From Octopus sinensis (Eukaryota): a stretch of 64,000 nucleotides of DNA. The notes under the pieces were generated by a model that ran no database searches, had not been told where the DNA came from, and saw only the letters and a program-made list of their open reading frames with translations. The first letter of the stretch is position 1. Each line of letters begins with the position of its first letter. Of this stretch, positions 37,301-48,946 are shown piece after piece. Where the stretch lies: assembly GCF_006345805.1 (NCBI RefSeq), contig NC_043026.1:2356001-2420000 (forward strand). The letters run 5' to 3'. The translations under genes were made by a program, and so were the position numbers.

Positions 37301-38240
37301 AATACCGTACGGTATTACTCAGGCAGCACTTGCTAAACAACAGTAGCAAAAATTAATATATAAATGCAGCGCTGAAAAGTAAAGTTAGCAATATTGTATG
37401 AGTTGGCAGTGAACTCCTCAAGAAACACTCTCTTCCTGATGATCTCCTCTACAGCCCAAAACAGCTGGGCCCTCTTACCCCAGAAAGACCTGGATGGAAA
37501 GCATTCAGTAGACAAAAGAGACTATGCCCGGAAGCTTGAAGAAGACAATAGAATTGACATGAAGCTCTCTTGGACACAAGACCTCTACATCACATCACAC
37601 TTTGAAGGCTATGTGTTTGCAATCCAGGAACAGGAGATTGCCAGAAAATACCTGGTGAACAAGAGAGTTAGTGACGCTCTTGTAATCCCAAGCTGCAACC
37701 GCATGTGTAGGCTCTGTCATGATTTTGTGGAAGACGTCACGAATGTGATTAGCAGCTGTCCTAAAATGTCATCATGGTACTTCCTCCCTATGCAGCACGA
37801 TGTTGTTGCTAAAACAATTTACAGCGCCATCTGCAAGGAAGACTGTCTTGAAATAAATTTCCCTGTTATGGAATACACCAATTCAAGGAACATTGGTGGA
37901 ATATTCCCATCAAAACTTCTGTCGAATATAGACGGATATTGTTGTTTGGAACAGAGGGGCAAAGGTATGTACCATCATAGAGGTTAGATGGTCTGCAGAT
38001 ATAAATATCTCTTTGAAAATCAAAGGAAAATAGGATATCTAAGGACGACTGATTCGAAACCTCCAGCTTCTACATCCAGATTATGAATTCATATTCATAC
38101 CAATAACAATTGGAGCACTAGGTTTTGCTAAAGGAGAATCTGGATAAACTGGGATTTTCAGAAAGAGAAATCGATCGGCTAATTCGTATGACAAGTGCAA
38201 TCTGTGAGTGGAACAGTAAAAATATGCAAGAGTTTTCTCA
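34380..38240 (+). mobile_element. R4/Dong-type non-LTR retrotransposon (RT, CCHC, RLE), decayed
   Basis: FNRRFASNPRAFYREM, YRPIACLNIMYKLYT, EQTGGKKG, WLDYKK|AFDSIPHSWL, GIFPGDSFS, FFVDDLK, DVDRLYLRRNEGGRGL, CRLCHDFVEDVTNVISSC, and a C-terminal YRxIVV...FIPITIGALG segment. Confidence 0.88.
35345..36465 (+). mobile_element. Solo LTR (probably Gypsy-type) inserted in the R4-type RT
   Basis: TGTAG...TTACA termini with a 4-bp TSD AAGG (35341-44 and 36466-69). Removing it restores YKKAFD. Internal CCAAT motifs, TATAAAA (35588-35594) and AATAAA. Confidence 0.8.
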
Positions 38241-38324
38241 AATTCCAAATGTGAATTTGTCTGTGTTAATACATCCCAAAGATGGAGCTTTGTATCTTTG
38301 TTGGAAACCGGCACCCTCCTCTGT

Positions 38325-38377
<53 letters not shown>

Positions 38378-38602
38378 CGTGTGTGTGTGTGTGTGCGTGT
38401 GTGCGTGTGTGCGTATGTGTCAACGAATTACACTCACAAGGTATTGCTTGATCTACTTCCACAGGATTGAGCTTTAGCTGACCGCATTCACGCAGTGGTT
38501 CAGAGTCCTTGACCACTTCTGCTCAATCAAGAATGCCTTGGGGGTGGGGATTAAACAACAACAATAACAACAATTAGTATTCAGTGTCCAATTAGACGAT
38601 TG

Positions 38603-38608
38603 TTTATT
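38603..38608 (-). terminator. Polyadenylation signal of the CAP-ShKT gene
   Basis: AATAAA on the minus strand about 130 nt after the stop, followed by a GT/T-rich downstream tract (ttgttattgttgttg, about 38555-38575). Confidence 0.65.
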
Positions 38609-38738
38609 AACATCTTACAGAAGATTTCCTTTGGCTAAGTATTTGCAACCAGTGTTACAAATTTTAAAAAATCTACTCTGCGAGTGAAGGGCTTAGATTC
38701 TTCTTTCCTAACCAAAGACCGTCAATGTCGCTTCTGTT

Positions 38739-38851
38739 TCAGCAAGATCTACAGGATTTCCTGCAGTTCGTTCTCATATAATTTGGGTTGTTGTTGCATT
38801 CTCCCATATCTGCCCACATTTTGCAGTTCTTGTTAAGGTCAGGACAAGGAT
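38739..38851 (-). CDS. CAP-ShKT coding exon 6 (ShKT domain and stop)
   Basis: tttctttttaaag|AT CCT TGT...TGC TGA. CPDLNKNCKMWADMGECNNNPNYMRTNCRKSCRSC has the six-Cys ShKT pattern ending CxxxCxxC. Not in the ORF track. Confidence 0.93.
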
Positions 38852-39257
38852 CTTTAAAAAGAAATTAAAAGTCGTTTCACAGTACTATTAATAGAATCAC
38901 CAGGTTGAGTGAAATTCTTTTATTTCAATATTTCAATTCTTTCTAATGTATTTACTTAGACTTTTATTATTTCATACTCTCTGTGTGTGTGCGTGTGCGC
39001 GCGCAGTGGAAGTGGGATGGTTCATCTTTGCTCGCTTAGTATTTGGGTTTAATTTTTTTTTGATTTGGTTGAATCTTGGTTGCTTCTTTTTTTTGTTGGT
39101 TTGTTGGTCAATTAGTTTTAGTGTTTGGCAGAAAAAAGTCATTTTAAAATTGATTTTTTAACGTAAGCGTGCCCAAACAAGTCGAATGCTTACACAGAGC
39201 AGGTTTTACAACCACATCATCCAAACCGACCGGGTGAAACCGGGCTTAGCTGCTAGT

Positions 39258-39317
<60 letters not shown>

Positions 39318-42300
39318 ACAGTTAAAACAGTTTGGTATGGTTCTATATGACGTAAAGATTCGCAGGCCCCCTAACAGAAACCCGCCTCTTTCAGGCTTTG
39401 GATTGCCATTGCATGGAACAGTTAAATAATACATGCAGCTCTTTCTAAATGTGTTGAATGTCCTATACATCTATATACGCGCATGCGCATGAGCGCGCGT
39501 ACCCTGGATATGACTATAAACTGCTTCCGGAAGTAGGGCCTTGCTTCAGGAATTCTAAGGTTTTGAGGAGAGTGGAATCACCTGTTATCCATCATGTGAA
39601 GGCGCGTGGCTTAGTGGTTAGGGTAATGGACTCGCGATCGCAAGATTGTAGTTTCGATTCCTGGGTCGGGCGACACGTTGTATAGAACACTTTATGTCAC
39701 GTTGTTCCAGTTCACTCGGCAAAAATCAGTAATTCTGTAACAGACTGGTGTCTCGTCCACGCGGGGAATATACGCGCCATGGAAACCGGGAGACCGGCCC
39801 TTATCACTCGAGAAGGTAACTTTACCTTACTTTTGATAGCTACCATTGATCCCAGTTCTATCCCAAACCGCAGTGGAAGCATCTGTTAGGGTCTCAGGTA
39901 TGACTTAATTGGCCATACCTGAGACAGGTAGGGCTTGCCTACCTGTGCATGTAAAAGACGAATCTAGAAGACGCTACAGAAGAAGCAACAATGCAGTATA
40001 GAGTGCAGAGAGCAAGATGAGGCAAGCAAGACATGTTGGTCATCCACTGCATCCATCTCCATCCCCAGTCGTCTTGTCCTGGTCTTGCCACTGGACTGAA
40101 TATAATTACAGACAAGAGAGTGAGGTTGATGGTGGGCAACTTTTCTTCACTTCGAAGTCACTGTGCAAGTCATCGGTCCTCGTCTCCGCCACCGATCAAC
40201 ATGGAATATGTATATATAAAAGTGCACGACGCGTGTCTGACTTCGCCACGGTGTCACCGTTCACATAGCTTGAGATTGCCAGGCTGTCGTTTCGACGTTT
40301 CTGTGGGGAACTACAACAGGGATGAGATCGCCGACCTCGTCGGGTTATATATCTTGGATACCCCCAAGAAACACACTCACCCACACAGGTCGGCCCTTTC
40401 CAGGGACGACGGACAATGTAAACTCGTACAAGTTTACATTCTCCTAGAAGTAAGTTCTTATGAAAAAAAGAGGTTCTTCACTCCCAGTGGTTTATATGTT
40501 GGTTAAGCCATAGGTGGAAACCTAACTGGTTGGGAACCTCAGTGGCTAAGAACTGGTTCCACATTCTTCAAACACTTGGAACTCCCGTTGTGGGGCCCTA
40601 CTACTGGATTCAGGTTAAATTCATATCCGGGTTACTGAAGCCCTAATACTTTATCTTAAACATACAATCTTGCCCCACAAAATGATGCCTGATGTTATTT
40701 TAATACAAGGTAAAGAGGCGGAGGTGAGTGCGCGCGCGTCTTTGTTTTTGTGTCTGTCCCTCCTCGTCATTGCTTGGCAACCGGTGTTGGTGTGTTTACG
40801 CCCCTGTAACTTAGTGGTTCGGCAAAAAAGATCGATAGAAAAAGTACGAAGCTGAAAAATAAACAAATACTAGGATTGATTTGTTCGACGATAAAAACCC
40901 TTCAAGGTGGTACTGCAGCATGGCCGCAGTCCAATGACTGAAACAAGTAACAGAATACAATGTTAGCTCAAAATACTTTCACCTGATCTAATTCTGATAT
41001 ATGATGGCATCGACATAAACATGCCCAATACTTTATTAATAATATATAATCTCGGCAAATAGGAAATGCTACCCGTTTTGCCCATCAAAAGAGAGTATCT
41101 ACTTCAGCATTATATACACAGGGGAAGACTTACCCATGGCTGCTACGTCACCTGAATGTCCTCCTGTGAAAAGATAGAAGAGTTTCATATCATTTCTAGC
41201 ATAAATTATAAATTCACTTTTACGCACATGCGCACACGCGTTTCCTTCATTTTGTACCACGTGCAGATAAGTATAACCTGAAGACTGGACTGCAAGTGTC
41301 AATAAAACAATAGCAGCCCACTTGATAAGTTCACCCATGTTGATGCGCATGCGTGTGTGTTTGTTTCCCCATGCTTGAAACCGGTGCTGGTTTGCTTATG
41401 TTCTGGGAACTTATCAGTTAGACAAAAGAGAACAGATGGAATAAGAACGTGACTTTTAAAAAATTTATGCTGGCAACAATTTGTTCGACGAAAAACCCTT
41501 CAAGGTGTTGCTCCAGCATGGCTACTATCCAACGACTGAAAACAGTAAAAGGTAGAAGGTAAAGTATCTAGCGGCACTCGTCATCGAACCCACTCAGGGC
41601 ATGCTGGAGATCACCTTCTGATGAGCCAAGTGGCAGCATATCGTCTAGGAATACCAGCCGACCAATCCTACACTTGTGATATCACTTCCAAAACAGCCGC
41701 GCACGTCAATCCAGTTCATAAAATTTTGAAAATGGTGGTGATAAAAGGCACCCCTGCCGATGTCCAACGCCACATTGGAAGGTTTCTGCTTTGCGCCATT
41801 TATCCGAACACAAACATCTGTGCATTGATATAGGGATTTCACGGCAACCAGAAGTTTTCCATTAATCCCAGACTCCTGTAAAACCCTACACAGCATCGGA
41901 TCATATGTCTTTCAAGGTCTACAAAACAATGTACATCTCTTGGCTATATCCTTACGATTTAAGGTGGTGACCTGACAGAATCGTTAGCACGCCGCAAAAA
42001 ATGTTTAGCGGTATTTCGTTCATCTTCACGTCCTGAGATCAAATTCCACCGAGATCGAATTTACCTTTCAGCCTTTTGGGGTCGATGAAATAAGTACCAG
42101 ATGATCACAAGAGTCGATTAAATTGACTTACGCCCTTCTTCGGAATTGCTGGCCATGTGCTAAAATTTGAAATCTATTATTGCTTTCGTTATCTATAAAA
42201 GCCAACGCAATTTGTCTTTATGCACAATAATGTCTTCTGTTAAACATTTGCGGGTGTTGTTCGATTAATTCTTGTTGTTGGCTGCGTCTCGTGTTTCCGA

Positions 42301-45300
42301 GCTTGCAATCCAGTTCATTTTTCTGGGTGTTTGAACCGCAGATGGCTTCGCAATCCAAGAGTTGCATGAAACATTGTGGACAAGGGATAAAAGGGGCTGG
42401 TTTGGAAAGGAGAAGGCACTGCTTTCTCTCCTGTCTCTTGAGTTCAGCTCTCGCGACTCGGGCTTTCTCGAAGTCCGCAGAACCCGTTTTGATGGTGTGT
42501 CTCCAGGGGGGTCTGTTTGCCGAGATATCTTCTCAGTGTGCGGGGTCGATATTGGTGCTTTTTCAGGGTTGATTTGAGTTGGTCCTTGTACAGCCTCAAG
42601 GGGGCTCCACGAGGACGTTTTCCTTCAGTCAGTTCACCGTAGAGACAGGTCACGGACGTGACCTGACCATCGGAGGCGATGTTCAATGATCATTGAACAC
42701 TGAACATTGATTAATTCTACAAGTAGAACAAGAAACATATTTTCATTCATTAACTCAACCAGCTACCAGTGTAACCAACAACAACAACAATACCTACACA
42801 ACAATGTTTACATACATACATACATACGTACATACGTACATACGTACATACATACATACATGCATGCATACATACACACATAGTCTAAACATGCAACTAT
42901 ATGCATGAAAATACATACATAAAAACAAAGCATGCACCGACTCCAAATACCATACATATACACACATATATACACAAATACCCTATTGAGGTTGTTGAAA
43001 TTCCAATGAAGAGCCTTTGATCTGGGTTAGAAACAGGTTCTTTCCCATTTGGCAAAAAAATCTTGAAATAAAACTGAATAATGACATACATACATACATA
43101 CTTATATCGTGGCTGTGTGGTAAATAGCTTACTTACCAACCACTTGGTTCTGGGTTCAGTCCCATTGCGTGGCACCTTCGGCAAGTGTTTTCTACAAAAG
43201 CCTCGGGCTGACCAAAGCCTTGTGAGGTGATTTGGTTGATGGAAGCTGAAAGAAGCCCGTCGTATATATATTTGTATGTGTGTGTGTGTGTGTATGTGTG
43301 TGTGTCTGTATTTGTCCCCCCAACATCGCTTAACGACCGATGCTTGTGTGATTACATCCCCATAACTTAGCGGAGACCAATAGAATAAGTACTAAGCTTC
43401 CAAAGAATAAGTCCTGGGGTCGTTTTGCTCGACTGAAGGCGGTGCTCCAGCATGGTCGCAGTCAAATGGCTGAAACAAATAAAAGAATAAAAGAAAAGCT
43501 ATAAAATGTATCTTACCGTTACATAATCCCTTGGAACATCTACCAAAGTTCGCCGGACATTTGGAGCAGGCTCTGCCAGGTGTGTATATATTATTGCCAA
43601 TGTTTCCTCTAAAAATTACAAAGAGACAGAGTTAGATGTGGTTTTCTTTGAGTGGCTGCTGTTGTCAGTGCTTATGTATGAGTACCGTAAATCCTCGAGT
43701 ATAATCCGCATTTTTCCCCAAAAATTTAAGGGTCAAAATTCCTAGTGCGTACTATATACGAGGTTAAAAATGAAAGCAATGTCCGAGTCTCTATTTGCTG
43801 TCTGGCAATGTTTATTCAGACGTATTTTGTGATGCCGGGCTCGAAAATCCCTTAAGCTAAGCCTGAAAGCAATGAAGTCATAAAAGAATCATCCATAACT
43901 TGCAGTTAGCAACATTTATTAAACGTTATTACTGTTATTTCTTTATTTTCTGCAAACAAAATGCACGAAAAAGCTACACGTTTGCATTATGTTATATATA
44001 CAATAATAATAAAGGACGTTACCATATACACTTTTACAAACCAAGGACGTTATATAGACCTCCTTGACTCAAGTTAGAGAAGGGTGCGTATTATACACAA
44101 GGTTTAAGTTTTTCAAAGGTACAGTCCCCCACCCCATAAAAATCCCCTGCGTATAATACCCAAGGGCGGACTGTACTCGAGGATTTACGGTATATATATA
44201 TTCAAAAATGTTCGTATATATACAAATAGATGGACAGACGAACGGACAAACAGGGCGGACGGATGGACAGACGCACGGACAGGCAGGTGGGCGGAAAGGC
44301 TATCAGATAGATGAATGGACAGACGGACGGACAGTGAGACAGACAGACAGACAGGCAAACTGACGGGCGGATAGACAAGTAAACAGGTGAATGAAGGGGC
44401 GTGTGTGTGTGTGTGTGATACGGAGACAGATGGACATGTGCGCATGCGCGAGCACACACTCATACACATGCACACACACACATACTAACACATACACACA
44501 TACACATAGACAGGCACACGCACATACACAGGTCGTCAACCAGCCAAACAGACAGACGGACAGACGGAAACAGACAAAGAAAGAAAGAAAAAGAATGAAA
44601 GGAAGGAAGAAAGAAAGAAAGAAGGAAAGAAAGAAAGAAAGAAAGAATGAAAGGAAGGAAGAAAGAAAGAAAGAAAATGAAAGGAAGAAAGAAAGAAAGA
44701 AGGAAAGAAAGAAAGAAAGAAAGAAAAAGAATGAAAGGAAGGAAGAAAGAAAGAAAGAAAAAAAATGAAAGGAAGGAAGAAAGAAAGAGAGAAGGAAAGA
44801 CAGAAAGAAAGAAAGAAAGAAAGACAGAAAGAAAGAAAGAAAGAAAGATAGAAAGAAAGAATGAATGAAAGAGAGAGAGAGAGAGAGAGAGAGAAAGAAA
44901 GAAGGAAATTTTGAGAGCAACATCCTGAGTCCAGATGTAAGAGTAAATGTCGGTACCAACCTGGGATAGTAGAAGCAGACCAAGTATTTAGCATTGCTCA
45001 CTGAACGGCCAAAAGCCTGTAAACTGGGACAATTAATAGCTGAACAGCCGACGTGTGTTGTGTTGGCCCAGACCATCTGTGGACGTAGAAAAGGAAAAGA
45101 TATCATTCATAGTGGTGGATGTTAGTGAGTGAGGAGAGGTCTTTCTTCTATACTTTCGCTCTTGTATTGAGTCCAGCTTTTGGACTGCAACCGTTCTGTG
45201 CTATGTCGTGGCATGGCCGTTTAAATCGGTCACATCGAACTCAGTACCAATATCTGTCTGGTATCTTATGTTATCAATCTCTGTTTGTCGAATCAGTAAG

Positions 45301-48300
45301 TCATGCAAGCAAAAATAGCAGTGTGTTTTTAGGCCAGTATAGAATTGAACACAAACATGGAGACGCATAGACATGTGCGTGCACACACACACACACACAC
45401 ATACACACACATACGCACATACACAGACACACGCGCACTTACACATATACACACTGATACACATACGTATTTGCACATATATAAATACTTGCATACGCTC
45501 ACATACAAACATACACACATACACATGCATACATATACATGCATACGTACGCATGCACACATACACGCACATATTCTCATACACATACATGCACACGTAC
45601 ACACATACTGGCGCGCACACAAGTACACTCATGCACATACGTACACATGCATAAACACACACTAAATTTCCCCAAAGGCACTGCTTGCCCGAACAACACT
45701 TATAATGATTCCTACAGTTACGCATATTACTACGTTTATTATCCAGCGAAGTTCAGAAATGTATTATTTAATGTATAATGTTCTGCACAAAGACCTGATA
45801 AAATATACTACTATATAGGTCAGAATTCAATTCCCGATGAAATAATCACATGTAGTCTTTCAATAAAAAACGAAAACTACTTAACACCTCATTAACTTAT
45901 GGATAGGACATTAATTAATATTATTCATTGTCCGTTATATGTACTGCACTTCTTTATAAATGAGTTGAGGTAGTTGTAATTTTTGTTGCATAGAGGCATT
46001 AGAAATCTGAAAGTGAAAGTCCAAATTAATTGATAAACGTAAGAAATTATTGATCTCTTGCTTAATGAGGAGAGTGCTTGGGCTCTCTGCGATAGTTAAA
46101 ACTTGTCAAAGGACGGACAGACTTATTACAGTCAACGACCATCCAATACTGTGTATACAAACATTGTCCTGCTATTTCTCACGGACAGCGCTAGTTCTTG
46201 CAACAATCATTGACAAACAGTTGACCTTGGTGCAGGCACAACCGATTCAGTCAGCAGAGAACCAAGACAAGGAAAATTTGAATAGAATCGGTAGAGCATC
46301 GCAATATATGCTAAGCGATATTTCTTCTTAGTCAAATCTCATCCAGATCATATTTGCCTTCCATCCCGACCAGATCGATAAAATGTCAGTCAAATACTGG
46401 CAGTTGATGTAATCGACTGCCCCCACTAAAAGTGCCAAGCCTTGCAACGTATTGACCATGGAGTGGTTTTTCGTTCCATTTCTCTTTAAGTATGTTTTGT
46501 AGATTTCTTTCTGTTGTTGTTTTTTTGTATGTTTTACCATTTCTATTGTGTTGTTATTTAAATTTATTGTTTCAATGTAATCGATTTCTGCTTTGTATTT
46601 CATCGCTTCTTCGTGAGTAGAAAAGACTTTCTTCTGTCTGTGTTTCACATTTCTTTATTACATTCAGAAATCTTTCATTCTTTCTTTCTAAATATTTGTC
46701 CAGTTCAGCTGTTGTTATCTGCAGAAGTTTTCTATTCGTGTCAGGCCACGCCCTCCTTCCGGTGTATTATGTCAATGTCTGTTTTGGGATGGTGACTTCA
46801 GTATGCTGTTAGTAATTCTCTGGTTTCTCCAATGTTTTTTTTCAATTTACTTGGTTCCAGTTTATGATATTGAAACTGCAGTTTATGGCTGGTAAGGCTA
46901 GCGTAGTTATATCAATTATTTCTAGCGCAGAGTTCAGTTTTTAATATTAGTCTAACTAAAGGCGGCGAGGTGGCAGAATCATTAGCATGCTGGGTAAAAT
47001 GCGCCATTTCTTCCGACTTTACGTCCTGAGTTCAAATTCCACCATTTGCCATTTATCCTTTCAGGCGCGATAGAATAAGTACCAGTTGAACATTGACTTC
47101 GATGTAATCGACTCATTCTCTCTCCCTAAAATTACTGCCTTTGTAGCAAAATTTGAAATCGTCATCATCATCATCATCATCATTATTATTATTATTACCT
47201 TCGCCTTAGCAAAGGCAGAGGTATTGTTTTCAGTCGTGTTTGTTCGTTTGTCCGGGGACAAGGTGTCTCAGGAACCGCTTTATAGATTAGGATGAAACTT
47301 TCAGGGAAGTTTGGCGTCGTGATTGGCACGAACTGATTAAATTTTGGGATCGATCCGGTACCGACGAGGATTCTGGATTATTTGTTATATTTACTTTACA
47401 AGAAGTATTACGATCTTACGTTGACTTTCAAGTCTTTCTCTTATTAACTCCCTTGAAAGTATGCTCATGGTTTCCACGTAAGTTATGGCGGCGTTGCTGT
47501 TCCCAAAGTTTTATTTTCGTTTCTCTTATTATTAATTTTACTCGCGTCTCTATCTCACTAGAAACTGATGGATAAAGAAATCAAACTACATAAAGAAATG
47601 GCATCAAACCCCTTCAGAAATGAAATAACATTAGCATATCCAGGAACAATGATAAATTTAATTTATCCTCGGCAATTTTTAGTTTTACCAATTTTGAATA
47701 TATCGCTCCTGTTTAAAACCTCTTACCTACTTGACAATTGCATTTCTAGTTCTGCCATGAAGGAAGCTTTACTTCTTGGACTCACGTTTTTGTGCGCAAC
47801 GATGTTCTTGAACCTCCGTTAACAGCACCAAATGCAGGTCCTTTCCGTTTTCTTTCAGGCACGGATAAATTTTTCACTGTAGACCTTAATGGTCGTAAAG
47901 AAACTATATCGGTGGATAGACTAAATAAGGCCTTCATAGAGAAAACTGTCCCCTGTTCCCATTGCAGACGATACACACACACACAGCATTACAAACACGG
48001 TCTACCCACCCACCTTCACATTCCATGACTACCACTGGGATCGATCCGGTACCGGACAAGGATTCTGGATTATTTTTTCCGTTCTCTTTTTACTTAATTT
48101 TCGAGAGCGGTCGGGTTCATTTTTAGTATTCTCCGGCAAATCGTTGAGAGGACGTTGGTGCTGCCTTGACGGAGGTTTGCGTTGAGTGCTCTTGTTATTA
48201 TTATTATTATTAACGCGGTGAGCAGACGAAATCGTTAGCATGCCGGACAAACTGCTTAGCGGCGTTTTGACCGTCTTTATGTCCTGAATTCAAATTTCGC

Positions 48301-48810
48301 CGCCGATGTCGGTTTTGCTTTTCATCCTTTCGAGGTCCAGCACTGGGATTGAGGTAATCGACTAGTACCCCCCCCCACAGCATTTTAGGCCTATAGAATA
48401 AAGAATTATTTTTATTAAAGGGGTGAGAGGCGTTTGCGCATCGGACAAAACACTTTGCTTTTCATCTTTAAAGGGTCGATAAAATAAATGAGTCAAATAC
48501 TGAGGTCGGTGTCCCCAACTTGCTGCCAACCCTCAAAATTACTGGCCTTGAGTCAAAGTTAAAAAAGAAGTACAACATTTACCTGAGTATAGTGACAACT
48601 GCTGCCACACGAAGAAGCGCTTCGGTAGAAATCTCTCTTTTCATTGAACCAACCTTGCATTTCAGACTGGATGAGGTCCTTAATAGTGCCTGCGTTACTG
48701 TCAAAGGCAAGGTTCTCACCTCGGCCCTTCCTTTGATGATCAAACATACACTTATGGGCCCATTTATTGGCTTCTGTTGCTAGTTGTTTGCTCCAAGCCT
48801 GTAGATATAC

Positions 48811-48897
<87 letters not shown>

Positions 48898-48905
48898 TAG
48901 ATAGG

Positions 48906-48946
<41 letters not shown>

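Noticed and set aside
41099-41350. 83-aa ORF with an apparent signal peptide (MRINMGELIKWAAIVLLTLAVQSSG)
   Set aside because: Only 41134-41163 has splice signals and fits the CAP-ShKT gene. The upstream part is intronic and begins in SINE/(CA)n sequence.
41615-41645. CTGATGA-GCC-AAGT-GGC possible hammerhead
   Set aside because: The stem II-like hairpin is not followed by GAAA, and no cleavage-site stem was found.
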